A stretch of DNA of 64,000 nt from Candidatus Terraquivivens tengchongensis (lineage in GTDB: Archaea; Thermoproteota; Nitrososphaeria_A; Caldarchaeales; Wolframiiraptoraceae): NCBI GenBank assembly GCA_023261845.1, contig JALNJZ010000002.1:64001-128000 (forward strand), in the 5' to 3' direction. Of the stretch, positions 1 through 10,023 are shown piece after piece. Position numbers and translations under genes: made by a program. The notes beneath the pieces were generated by a model. It was not told the origin of the DNA. It saw only the letters and a program-made list of their open reading frames with translations, and ran no database searches. Position 1 is the stretch's first letter, and each line of letters starts with the position of its first letter.

Positions 1-3000
1 TTCAAGTAGTCCACCTCACCTCTGGCTGCCGCGTCGAGCAGTACTTGAACGCTTATTTCAAAGGCTGCTCTAGCAAGCACGCTCTCTTTTAGCTTAATTA
101 CACCGTGCCTACCTACCTGTCTCACATTACCGCTAACGGTCATCATATCTGCCAGGAGTATGAGGTGCCTAATGTCAACATCCAGTCCTTGCTCACGTAG
201 CACGTTCTTCGCCTCGTTTATTATCGCATTCCTTGCAGCCTCTATCCCTAGGACTTCTGCAATTTCATGTATGTCGTTCGTAATAACTCTAGTGGCATCA
301 ACACCAGGTACCTTCATCACTTCCCTTAGATTTGAGCCCTCCGTTAATATCACGTGCTCATCACCTTCTTGTACAACTATAGCTTTCGTTATTCTCTTAA
401 TTCCTTTGACCGTCATCTTGTCGTCCAGAAGTATTCTGTCTCTGAGCTTCTCGAGCGCTTGTACACTGTCTTCGGACGGTTTTAGTATGACTGTGTCCGT
501 GTCCTTTACTTCTGGCTTGTAAGCTTTTAAGGCATTCTTCACGTCACTTAACGTGATGCCCCTTTCATGCATTGCATCCGTATCTAACTTAATGGTTAAA
601 GCACCACGCTTATAGTTTATTACTACTTCAGAAACTATGTCCTTGAGAGCCGTATGTTGTATTTGGTTTGCGATTTTTTGTGCTTTATTCTTATCTTTTG
701 CGATGTCCTTTTGAAGGCATATCCTCATCGTGGGCGTGGATGGTACCTTACGTGCGTCAACTATCTCGATTAACCTTGGTAAGCCAAGCAATATACTCTG
801 CTCCCTAACGCCCGCAAAGTGGAATGTTCTGAGCGTAAGCTGAGTTCCTGGTTCACCTATTGATTGGGCTGTCACAACACCTACGGCGTCACCAGGCTCT
901 ACCCGAGAGTTCAGATAAACTTTGTATGCTTCTTCAAAAGATTTGTCAACCACAGGTTCTGAGGCTTTTACCTTTATGAGCTCGTTTACTAAATCTTCAA
1001 CAATTTTTTCAGGCATGAGCTTCTTGTACCGTTCAGACATTGATATGATATACTCACTAGAGGCAGGTTTGCCTGATGGCAAACTCTTCATGAACTTCTC
1101 TACAATCAGTACTGGGTTGACTGGTTGCCCATGCTCGCTCTTAGCTGGGTCGACACCATCTTCACCGTATTGGAACTGTATTATCCTCTTTTCATCCGTC
1201 GTCCTTACCGTACCGTCGTACTCAACATATAATGATTCTAGAGCGTTTATCAATCTGCGCTGCATATAACCGCTTTGCTGAGTTCTCACTGCCGTATCAA
1301 CTAGCCCATCCCTTCCACCCACCATGTGGAAGAAGAATTCCAATGGGTCTAGACCGCTCATGAATGAATTGTAGACGAAACCCCTAGCCCTAGGTGAGAG
1401 ATCTCCCGGCTTAAAGAACGTTAGAACCCTATCTGTGTATCCTCTCTTTATCCTTTCCCTTCTGACTGCTTGCTGACCGACGACCGCTATCATTTGGTCA
1501 ATGTTAAGCGACGTGCCCCTTGCTCCAGTCTTTATCATTATCAATGCATTATTTGATAGAGGTATGTGTTGCCTCACAATCTTGCCAGCCGTGTCCCTAG
1601 TCTTTGAAAGCAATGACAGGATGGCAGATTCGAATGATTGTTCGGGTGTCTCTCCGGGATAGACAGGAGCCTTACCCTTTTCGTAGTCCGTTTTAAGTTT
1701 AATGAATTCCTCATCCATCTTTACAAAAAGTTTGGATACTTCTCGGTAGACTTCAGCTGGCACTGTTAGGTCATCTATAGTGAACGTAAAGCCCCTGATA
1801 CGCAGGTATGTGTTAGCAAGCCTCACTACCCTGTCTAAAAATTCCCTAGCTACATCAGGGCCGTAATCTCTCACTAACCTGTGTATTATGTTGTTTGCTT
1901 TCTCTACACCTATGCCGCCCTTATCTATCACACCCTTTATGAGTTTGCCGTCTTGTATAACAACAGGTTCTTCGGGCATGAAGCTAGATCTGAATTTATG
2001 ACTAAAGTCCTTCGGAAGCAGCAGGCTAAATATCTGCTTGCCGCTCCACAATGGCTGCGGTTCTTTTACTGCTGGTTCTGGTAGCTTACCGTCATATCCT
2101 ATCGCTGAGAGCAGATAAGACGTCTCCTTTAGGTCGAGCAACGTATCATCTTTCGTTAGCAAGTACGTGGCCGTGAGGAAATCTCTAATGGCTCCGATTA
2201 TGGGCGTACCATGGCGCGGAGATATTATGTTGTTCTGTACTAGGAGCAGTATTCTGGCTTCGGTTTGAGCTTCTTCACTCTGTGGAACGTGCAGGTTCAT
2301 CTCGTCACCGTCAAAGTCTGCGTTATACGGCGTGCAGACCGCAAGATTAAGGCGGAATGTCTTGTAAGGAAGTACCTTTACTATGTGGGCCATTATTGAC
2401 ATCCGGTGGAGTGATGGCTGCCTGTTAAACAACACGATGTCTCCATCAATAAGGTGCCGCTCGACTATGTACCCAGGCTCTAGAGCGTTTGCCAACTCGT
2501 TCAAATCGTGCGCAAGTTTTAGCCTGATGGTCTTGCCATCTGGCCTGATTATGTACTTAGCGCCCGGATATTTGTCTGGACCGTTCCTTACGTACTCCCT
2601 TAATCTTTCAATGTTCCAGACCGTAACCTTTTCTGGTACGGTAAGCTGCATCGCTATCTCTATAGGAACGCCAACCTCGTTTATTCCTATGTTGGGGTCT
2701 GGAGATGTGACAGTCCTAGCCGAAAAATCAACCCTCTTGCCGGAAAGGTTTAACCTGAACCTACCTTCTTTGCCCTTCAGTCTCTGTGCTAGCGTCTTCA
2801 GTACACGGCCAGACCTGTGAACAGACGGGGATATTCCGACCGCTTCATTATTGATGTAAGTTGTTACATGATACTGAAGAAGGTCCGATAATTCCATTAT
2901 AACTGGAGAAGGTGATCCGGCAGCCATGTTTTCTCGAAGCCTTTGAGCAACCCTGAGTATGTCCACCAACTTGTGAGTCAGGTCGTCCTCTGACCTGAAA

Positions 3001-3683
3001 CCGGATTCAAGCGTAATGGATGGTCTTACATAAACAGGCGGCACAGGTAAGACCGTGAGTACCATCCACTCCGGTCTTGCACTCTTAGGGCCTATATCCA
3101 GCAGCACCAGGTCATCGTCGGGTATCCTCTCAAGCCTAGCCCTGACCACGTTAGCCGGAAGCCTTACAAGCTCTGACTCTGTCGCTTCTATGAAAGTTGT
3201 TGGTTTCTCTAACTCGATCTTTAGTTGCTTTTCACCGCAGTGTGGACACGTCTGCGTTGACGTGGCCTTCTGTATTACTTTGAAGTAAACATGCCTATAC
3301 GGTTTACCGGCTTGTTTCTCCCTTTCTAACTCTTCCTTGAAACTCTTTATCTCTTCGTCATTTAGAAGTATTCTACCACACGACCTGCATGTGGCTTTTA
3401 GAAGCGTATGTATGATCTTGGCAAATCCAACGTGTATAACGGGAACTGGTAATTCTATATGTCCGAAGTGTCCTGGGCATCCGAGGTAGGTATTACCGCA
3501 CGTCTTACAGCGTTGACCAGGTTCTAGAGTTCCTAGCCTTGGGTCCATCACGCCGGTCGGTATAGGAAGACCGTCGTCGCCGTACGTGTCAGGGTTTTGT
3601 ATCTCAGCTACGGACATCCTTCTAATTAAGTCGGGTGAAAGGATGCCAAACTTTATAGCAGCCACAGAACCCCTGTAGGACAT
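1..3683 (-). CDS. rpoA: DNA-directed RNA polymerase subunit A, unsplit A'+A'' (3' end outside window)
   Basis: Read manually: ATG at 3683 (MSYRGSVAAIKFGILSPD); catalytic NADFDGDEMN near 2295-2324 and the A''-type AQSIGEPGTQLTLRTFHFAG near 869 are in the same frame, and the A'/A'' junction reads through without a stop. Confidence 0.95.
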   Translation of the reverse strand, partial: MSYRGSVAAIKFGILSPDLIRRMSVAEIQNPDTYGDDGLPIPTGVMDPRLGTLEPGQRCKTCGNTYLGCPGHFGHIELPVPVIHVGFAKIIHTLLKATCRSCGRILLNDEEIKSFKEELEREKQAGKPYRHVYFKVIQKATSTQTCPHCGEKQLKIELEKPTTFIEATESELVRLPANVVRARLERIPDDDLVLLDIGPKSARPEWMVLTVLPVPPVYVRPSITLESGFRSEDDLTHKLVDILRVAQRLRENMAAGSPSPVIMELSDLLQYHVTTYINNEAVGISPSVHRSGRVLKTLAQRLKGKEGRFRLNLSGKRVDFSARTVTSPDPNIGINEVGVPIEIAMQLTVPEKVTVWNIERLREYVRNGPDKYPGAKYIIRPDGKTIRLKLAHDLNELANALEPGYIVERHLIDGDIVLFNRQPSLHRMSIMAHIVKVLPYKTFRLNLAVCTPYNADFDGDEMNLHVPQSEEAQTEARILLLVQNNIISPRHGTPIIGAIRDFLTATYLLTKDDTLLDLKETSYLLSAIGYDGKLPEPAVKEPQPLWSGKQIFSLLLPKDFSHKFRSSFMPEEPVVIQDGKLIKGVIDKGGIGVEKANNIIHRLVRDYGPDVAREFLDRVVRLANTYLRIRGFTFTIDDLTVPAEVYREVSKLFVKMDEEFIKLKTDYEKGKAPVYPGETPEQSFESAILSLLSKTRDTAGKIVRQHIPLSNNALIMIKTGARGTSLNIDQMIAVVGQQAVRRERIKRGYTDRVLTFFKPGDLSPRARGFVYNSFMSGLDPLEFFFHMVGGRDGLVDTAVRTQQSGYMQRRLINALESLYVEYDGTVRTTDEKRIIQFQYGEDGVDPAKSEHGQPVNPVLIVEKFMKSLPSGKPASSEYIISMSERYKKLMPEKIVEDLVNELIKVKASEPVVDKSFEEAYKVYLNSRVEPGDAVGVVTAQSIGEPGTQLTLRTFHFAGVREQSILLGLPRLIEIVDARKVPSTPTMRICLQKDIAKDKNKAQKIANQIQHTALKDIVSEVVINYKRGALTIKLDTDAMHERGITLSDVKNALKAYKPEVKDTDTVILKPSEDSVQALEKLRDRILLDDKMTVKGIKRITKAIVVQEGDEHVILTEGSNLREVMKVPGVDATRVITNDIHEIAEVLGIEAARNAIINEAKNVLREQGLDVDIRHLILLADMMTVSGNVRQVGRHGVIKLKESVLARAAFEISVQVLLDAAARGEVDYL

Positions 3684-3684
3684 G

Positions 3685-6600
3685 CTACACCAACTCCTCC
3701 AACTTTACTCTTGGATAAATACACATGCTTAGCAACTCGTTCAGTAGAAGGTAGAATGCGTACGACATGACGACGGGTTTTATGCTTGCCTCCTTTCCGC
3801 ACACTCTGCATACAAAACGCTCTTGTTTAAGGTCGTAGTAGGCAGGCAAGCCGCATTTTTCACAGAAGTACGCAGTATATTTATCGGACTGTTCGAGTAA
3901 CCTATCCAAGAGCAGATAAGCGGCACCATGCGCGATCAAGCAATCACGTTCCATCTCTCCAAACTTCAAACCACCACCTCTGGCCCTTCCTTCGGTCGGC
4001 TGCCGAGTCAGCAACTGTACCTGTCCACGTGCCCTTGCATGTATTTTATCCCTAACGAGGTGGTGTAACCTCTGATAGTAAACTACACCAATGAAGATTT
4101 CTGCTTCAAACTTCTTACCGGTTAGACCATCGTACATAACGGAAGTTCCCGAGCTTTTGAAGCCCAATGCCTCAAGCTCCGCCCTTAATTCCTCGATCTT
4201 TTTGCCAAGGAAGGGCGTTCCGTCAACAGGTTCAGCCTTTATGGCCGCAACCTTTCCCGCTATACTCTCGATAAGTTGACCGATGGTCATTCTTGAAGGG
4301 AATGCGTGCGGGTTTATTATTAGATCAGGCACTATGCCATCCTCAGTATATGGCATATCCTCTTGCGGGAATAGCATGCCGACGACACCCTTCTGTCCGT
4401 GCCTCGATGAAAACTTGTCACCTATCTCGACAAAGCACGTAGTCCTTACCCTTGCCTTTACAAGCTTGTTACCCTCATCCGTCCTAGTTATGAACATATT
4501 GTCAACGACACCACTCTCAGACTGCCTAACTACTTCGGATGCATCTCTCCACACCATTTCTCTTGCCGGCGCACGCGTGTACTCCTCCATGAATCTTGGC
4601 GGGCTCATGACACCGACTATCACCATATTTCCGCTCACGTCGGCTTCTACGTGAGCCAGACCATCAGCATCAAGTATTCTGTAGTACTGCTCGCCCTTGT
4701 AACCCCTTATGTTAGGTTCGGGTATCCCAAACTTATCCTTCTGGCCTCCGAGGTACTGTCTTGACTCTACCTCGTAGGTTCTATAGCTTAAGGAGAGACC
4801 TAATCCTCTCTCCACAGATGATTTGTTGAGTACGACAGCATCTTCCATGTTGTAGCCCTGAGCCGACAGTATCGCAACCACCATATTCTGACCTATCGGT
4901 CTGTTGTTAAGACCTATTAACTCAATAGATTTGGTCGTAACGAGAGGTTTCTGGGGATAAACTAGCAGGTGCATTCTGGAATCTGTTCTTATCTCATAAT
5001 TCGAGGCGAAGAAGCCTAAAGCCTGCTTTCCCATAGCACACTCGTAAACGTTTCTCGGGGACTGGTTATGCTCGGCATATGGGATTATCGATGCAACAAT
5101 ACCAAACATCAGGTAAGGGGATATCTCCATATGCGTATGCTCGGGCGTTACGGAATCTGGCGTTAAGGCAACAAACGCGTTCTCTTCTTCTTCCGCATCT
5201 AAGAATTCGATGATGCCCGTAGACACGAGGTCTCTGAACCTAGATATCCTATTCTTTATGGCCTCTACGTGATTGCGGTTTAATTTCGACACACCCTTCT
5301 CGACGATTATTAGCGGTCTTCTAACTCTACCCTCATCAGTGTTTATCCAGACCTCTTGCACGTGTTTGTAATTGTATAACGCAACGTTCACGTTATTATT
5401 TATCTCACCGTTCCTCCTCAGGTTTCTGAGTTCTGTGACAAGTTCCTGTCCGTTGGAATGGAAGCCCACCAATAAGCCATCAACAAATACCTTTGCAGGC
5501 AAGAACTTTTTCCGGTTTATGGCCTCGCTTAGGGGCATAACACCAAGGATGTAGAGTTTATCCAAAACTTCGCGCTTATTCATAGAGAATGAAAACTCTG
5601 CTGACAGTGCTAGATTCTTGACTAGGCCACAATTACTACCCTCAGGCGTCTCGGCAGGACATATCCTGCCCCAATGGGTTCCGTGAAGGTCTCTCGCTTC
5701 AAAATGCGGTTGGCTTCTACTCAAAGGTGACTGTACCCTTCTTAGATGGCTCAACGTTGCCAGGTAGTTAGTTCTGTTCAACAACTGAGTAACACCAACC
5801 CTTCCACCAGGCCAGTTCCCAGTCGCGAAGGCATGCTTGACAAAGTCGGCAACTATTCCTGGCCTGACGAACGTTGATATTGATGTCGGCTGTCTTATGG
5901 TTAACAGCTTTTCCAGCTGATACCTTATGTCCCTTATGAGCTTTAGGAATGCCATTCTGTACAATTCCATCAGCAGAGGCGTTGCGAGCTTCACGCGTTT
6001 ATTGGCATAATGGTCCTTATCGCTGGGCTTCCTAAGACCTAAGCTGGTCTCGAGTACCCTGCCTACCATATCGCATAAGAATATCGCCTTAAGATATCTC
6101 GATGCCTTATCCGTCCCGATATGCGGTAGTAGAACGTTATCTATCAGTTGCTCGGCCCTTTGTATCCTGTACTCTTCAGCATACCCGAACGCTATCTTAT
6201 TGCCTATGTACTTTAAGGCATCCTCAACAGTCTCTATCCCTTCTGCTTCCTTGAATGGAAGCTCCAGCAGTTCCTGGACTTCCTTAACTTGCGATACGAA
6301 GTTTACGATTTCTCTGTCGTTTGTCATGCCCAATGCTCTGAGAAGAATTATGATAGGTATGCCTTTGTAGATTCTTGAGAAGAAAACCCTTATCGGGCCA
6401 CCTTCTTTGTATGTAACTTCGACTTTAGCCTGCCTACCGAACGCAGAAGATAGCACGACGGCAGAGTATTGTGGTTTACCACCAACATCCTTTTCCGTTA
6501 CGAGTATCTTGTTGGGTGCTAAATCCTCTATTGCAACTATCACACGCTCCGAGCCGTTGATTATGAAATAACCTCCTGGGTCCATTGGGTCTTCTCCTAT

Positions 6601-7041
6601 GGCCAATAGCTCGTCGTGGGTCATCTTTGATAGCGGACATATGTCGCTCTTCACCATCACCGGTATTATCCCAACCTCTACGCGTTCTGAGGATAGCAGC
6701 CTACCGTCTAAGTACAAGTTCATCTTGGCGTATATCGGTGCTGCGTATGTGAGCTTCCTAAGCCGACATTCGGAAGGAGTTATGTTGTCGTTAATCGTGC
6801 CGTCTATCTCGATAATACGTGGCTTGTCTATTTCTATAGTCCCGAACTTGAAGGTTAACGTCCCGTGCTTCGTCTTAATCTCTTGAACTTCTAGAGAATT
6901 GACAAGATCTTGGAGACCTTTCCTAACAAAATAGTTGTATGACCTGATTTGATGTTGGACTAAACCTTCCTCTTCTATGAAACTCCTAGCGATGTACCAA
7001 AGGTCTTCCGTGGTGAGCTTGTGGTCCTTATCTTTCTGCAT
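3685..7041 (-). CDS. rpoB: DNA-directed RNA polymerase subunit B (unsplit)
   Basis: 1118 aa; GGYFIINGSERV, GDKFSSRHGQKG, GGLKFGEMERD and C-terminal Zn finger. Confidence 0.98.
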   Translation of the reverse strand: MQKDKDHKLTTEDLWYIARSFIEEEGLVQHQIRSYNYFVRKGLQDLVNSLEVQEIKTKHGTLTFKFGTIEIDKPRIIEIDGTINDNITPSECRLRKLTYAAPIYAKMNLYLDGRLLSSERVEVGIIPVMVKSDICPLSKMTHDELLAIGEDPMDPGGYFIINGSERVIVAIEDLAPNKILVTEKDVGGKPQYSAVVLSSAFGRQAKVEVTYKEGGPIRVFFSRIYKGIPIIILLRALGMTNDREIVNFVSQVKEVQELLELPFKEAEGIETVEDALKYIGNKIAFGYAEEYRIQRAEQLIDNVLLPHIGTDKASRYLKAIFLCDMVGRVLETSLGLRKPSDKDHYANKRVKLATPLLMELYRMAFLKLIRDIRYQLEKLLTIRQPTSISTFVRPGIVADFVKHAFATGNWPGGRVGVTQLLNRTNYLATLSHLRRVQSPLSRSQPHFEARDLHGTHWGRICPAETPEGSNCGLVKNLALSAEFSFSMNKREVLDKLYILGVMPLSEAINRKKFLPAKVFVDGLLVGFHSNGQELVTELRNLRRNGEINNNVNVALYNYKHVQEVWINTDEGRVRRPLIIVEKGVSKLNRNHVEAIKNRISRFRDLVSTGIIEFLDAEEEENAFVALTPDSVTPEHTHMEISPYLMFGIVASIIPYAEHNQSPRNVYECAMGKQALGFFASNYEIRTDSRMHLLVYPQKPLVTTKSIELIGLNNRPIGQNMVVAILSAQGYNMEDAVVLNKSSVERGLGLSLSYRTYEVESRQYLGGQKDKFGIPEPNIRGYKGEQYYRILDADGLAHVEADVSGNMVIVGVMSPPRFMEEYTRAPAREMVWRDASEVVRQSESGVVDNMFITRTDEGNKLVKARVRTTCFVEIGDKFSSRHGQKGVVGMLFPQEDMPYTEDGIVPDLIINPHAFPSRMTIGQLIESIAGKVAAIKAEPVDGTPFLGKKIEELRAELEALGFKSSGTSVMYDGLTGKKFEAEIFIGVVYYQRLHHLVRDKIHARARGQVQLLTRQPTEGRARGGGLKFGEMERDCLIAHGAAYLLLDRLLEQSDKYTAYFCEKCGLPAYYDLKQERFVCRVCGKEASIKPVVMSYAFYLLLNELLSMCIYPRVKLEELV

Positions 7042-7044
7042 CGC

Positions 7045-7320
7045 TCACTCCCTCACGACTAGTCTGTAGTAGACAGACTTCCCAGCAGTTTCGGTCTGCC
7101 TTATAATCCTTATCACATCGCCCGGCTTCGCACCAATTTCCTTAACGATCGGGTCCGAGGCCAGAATGTAGGGGAGTTGTTGGGGCTTTATGCGATATTT
7201 TTCCAATAGCTCTTCCACTTCTTCTTTCGTCATTATTTCATGTTTCGGAACTAAAACGTGTTTGCTGGGTGAAAACTCTTGGGTTCTTTCTTGCTCTGAG
7301 AGCTTGGTCTTATCTGTCAT
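7045..7320 (-). CDS. rpoH: RNA polymerase subunit H (Rpo5)
   Basis: HVLVPKHEIM...QLPYILASDP...GAKPGDVIRIIR...YYRLV; first gene of rpoH-B-A. Confidence 0.96.
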   Translation of the reverse strand: MTDKTKLSEQERTQEFSPSKHVLVPKHEIMTKEEVEELLEKYRIKPQQLPYILASDPIVKEIGAKPGDVIRIIRQTETAGKSVYYRLVVRE

Positions 7321-7412
7321 CTATATGTTCCTCCAAATAGATAGACAAATTAATATCAAGTCTAAATTTGGAAACTGTCTTAGGTTATTAATAAATTTTC
7401 AATGGTCCCGTT

Positions 7413-8873
7413 CTAATAATTATTAGGTTTTTGTGTGGAAATCCGTCCTTTTAACCTATTTAGGGCAAATTCGAGGCTTGTCCTTTTATTTCGTACCCAC
7501 CTTTTCTCTTCCTCAAGGTTTATCATACTGTCCTCCACGGCACGTTTCACCAACGTTGGGTTAGCCGATCCGATGGTCGCATAAGAGCGCACAACCCTCT
7601 TTGGTTCCATCAGGTTCATAACATCTTCGAGCGTTAAGGGAACTTCTATGTTAAATTCTGCCTTAGTTCTTTGGAACGAAGTCTCGTTAAGGTTTCCCTC
7701 ATAGATAAGCTTGCTGATCTTACCTGCAAATATATGAGCGTTACGGAAAGGTACTCCATATTTTAGGGAGAGATAGTTTGCGACCTCCACGATACCTGTC
7801 GGCGGACTGCATGTAGCCATGCACCTGTTTTCATTGACTCTTAGGCTTGGTATGAGCTTTGTCATTATATGTAATGTTTCTTCAATAATTTCAAGCGCTT
7901 GCCATAATTTTGGCGTTATCTGTTGGAGGTCAAGGTTGTAACCGCTAACTTGCCTTGCGCTCATCATGAAGGCAGATGTTAATAGACCCAACAACTCTGC
8001 AACCTTCGTCCTCGCTATTTCCGCGACCACAGGGTTACGCTTCTGGGGCATGATGCTACTCGTAGCTGAAAACTCTTCGGGGAATACTATGAGGCCGAAC
8101 TCCTCAGAGCTGAAGACTACTAGCTCTTCAGATAAGGACGACAGTATAAGGACAATAACGCTCAAGCATGACAATGCTTCAACTATGAAGTCCCTTGAGG
8201 CTGTGGACTCGAGTGCATTCTGACTTACTCTGCTGAAGCCCAGAAGCGAGGCCGCATACTCTCTATCCAAAGGTACGCTGGTTCCTGCCACAGCTGCTGA
8301 GCCGAGCGGCGATTCATCAGACAGCTCATAGACAAGCTTTACATGCTGAAGCGCTTTAAGCAATCTGACGGCATAAGAATGCATGACAAAACCAAACGTT
8401 GCTGGTGCGGCCCTCTGCAGATGCGTATACACAGGAAATATCGTCCCGAATTCCTCCAACGCTTTTCTCAGCAGGGCTTCACAGAACGTTATGCAACTTT
8501 CGTGAAGGTTCAAGAGTCTTTCTTTAAGTCTAAGCCTTATGGCAGTAGCGACTGCATCGTTCCTACTCTTACCAAGGGCAAGCGAGGTACCGATTTGGGG
8601 CACGTGCTTTGTCAATTCGGCCTCGATTACCATATGCACATCTTCATACCTCGGGTCATCTAGGCTTGGCGGCTTTTTCAGCATCTCTTGGAGATGCTTT
8701 TCCGCCTTCTCGGCCAGATCCGAGGGTATTATACCTGCTTTCTCTAGAAGCTTTACATGTGCTATGTTTACCAAGATCACGCTTTCCAGTATCTCTTTAT
8801 CAAAGTGGAGCGATGAGGTGTACTTAGCAGCATCTACGTCAAATTCGCGTTCGATTCTACCTCTTCTATGCAT
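7413..8873 (-). CDS. argH: Argininosuccinate lyase
   Basis: GKSRND, YTHLQRA, SSIMPQKRNP fumarase/ASL signature. Confidence 0.95.
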   Translation of the reverse strand: MHRRGRIEREFDVDAAKYTSSLHFDKEILESVILVNIAHVKLLEKAGIIPSDLAEKAEKHLQEMLKKPPSLDDPRYEDVHMVIEAELTKHVPQIGTSLALGKSRNDAVATAIRLRLKERLLNLHESCITFCEALLRKALEEFGTIFPVYTHLQRAAPATFGFVMHSYAVRLLKALQHVKLVYELSDESPLGSAAVAGTSVPLDREYAASLLGFSRVSQNALESTASRDFIVEALSCLSVIVLILSSLSEELVVFSSEEFGLIVFPEEFSATSSIMPQKRNPVVAEIARTKVAELLGLLTSAFMMSARQVSGYNLDLQQITPKLWQALEIIEETLHIMTKLIPSLRVNENRCMATCSPPTGIVEVANYLSLKYGVPFRNAHIFAGKISKLIYEGNLNETSFQRTKAEFNIEVPLTLEDVMNLMEPKRVVRSYATIGSANPTLVKRAVEDSMINLEEEKRWVRNKRTSLEFALNRLKGRISTQKPNNY

Positions 8874-8955
8874 TCAAGTCACCTTCATTAAAGACCGATG
8901 AGCTATAACAAGGTTGCGAGTTCTTATAAAAAAGGCTTGTGTAATAAGCACATAC

Positions 8956-10023
8956 TCATCGTGTTTGGTCAATGGATGCGAGTTCAATTATGCAATTCTT
9001 GTAAACCTCTGCCGCGGTCAAAATATCTTTTATGGATATCCTCTCCAGCGTGGTGTGAGCTAAAAGGGAATCTCCAGGTCCATAGGCAGCTATATCAGAC
9101 GATATTCGGTACATCACATTCATATCGCTCGTCCCAGTCTTCATCACAGCCTTCGGCTTCATGCCCATCTTTAGCATGCTCCTGATTAATGACCTTGGGA
9201 CTGGGCTGGATAGGCTGACCTTGACGGGTTCCGTCCTTTCTAGCACCGAAAGCTCACAACCATGCTCCAGACATAACTCTTCAAGCTTGCTCAAGATTTG
9301 CTTCGAAAGAATGTTGCATGGAATTCTTATGTTTATGACGGTTCTCACGAATTCTGGAAGCTTTGTTGGCCAATCTCCGGCCTCTAAAACGGTTATGCAC
9401 GCCGAAGTCTCATCGTAGCCTCTGCCTGAGAAATTACGTTTTATTTCTTCCCAGAGGGTGAAGAATTTATCAAGTGCCGACTCTCCCATGTATGGTGCGC
9501 TACTATGACCTCCGCTTGCGGATACGTTGACCCTAACCGTCAAGCTCCCTCTATAGCCTATTGCAACACCAGTAGTCCCAGTAGGCTCGCCGATTATTAT
9601 GTGGTCGGCTTTAAAGCCAGAGCTTACCAGATAGTTTGCGCCCTTGCCTTCCCTCTCCTCATCAATAAGACATGCTACGATGACCCTAGCACCTTTAACG
9701 CTGTCCTTGGCCTTGGCTGCGCCTAGAAGCATCGCCATAAGCGGCCCCTTGGCATCAACAGCGCCCCTGCCCCAGACCTCATCGTTTGAAACCTTTACCT
9801 CGAGTTTACCTGGAACAGTATCCATATGACCAGCAAGCAGAATAGTTTTGCCAGAGCCATACTCTGCGATGAAGTTGCCTACCTTGTCTACATAACAATT
9901 TTCGTAACCCAGACGCGAACATATACCTTGGAGCGGTTCATGGAGCTTCCACTCTTCACCAGAAGGCGTATAAATATCTAAAACCCGGATGAATGCCTCC
10001 TTTATTTCGTTGACGGACATCAT
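8956..10023 (-). CDS. lysK: [LysW]-lysine/[LysW]-ornithine hydrolase (M20 family)
   Basis: GHMDTVPG, GRGAVDAKGP, DEE, YGPGDSLLAHT; in lysW cluster. Confidence 0.9.
   Translation of the reverse strand: MMSVNEIKEAFIRVLDIYTPSGEEWKLHEPLQGICSRLGYENCYVDKVGNFIAEYGSGKTILLAGHMDTVPGKLEVKVSNDEVWGRGAVDAKGPLMAMLLGAAKAKDSVKGARVIVACLIDEEREGKGANYLVSSGFKADHIIIGEPTGTTGVAIGYRGSLTVRVNVSASGGHSSAPYMGESALDKFFTLWEEIKRNFSGRGYDETSACITVLEAGDWPTKLPEFVRTVINIRIPCNILSKQILSKLEELCLEHGCELSVLERTEPVKVSLSSPVPRSLIRSMLKMGMKPKAVMKTGTSDMNVMYRISSDIAAYGPGDSLLAHTTLERISIKDILTAAEVYKNCIIELASIDQTR

Noticed and set aside
160-6886. Many 60-145 aa plus-strand ORFs opposite rpoA/rpoB, and similar shadow ORFs across the window (e.g. 12400-12975, 22179-22766, 29813-30376)
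   Set aside because: Ser/Phe/Leu-rich antisense shadows of well-conserved genes
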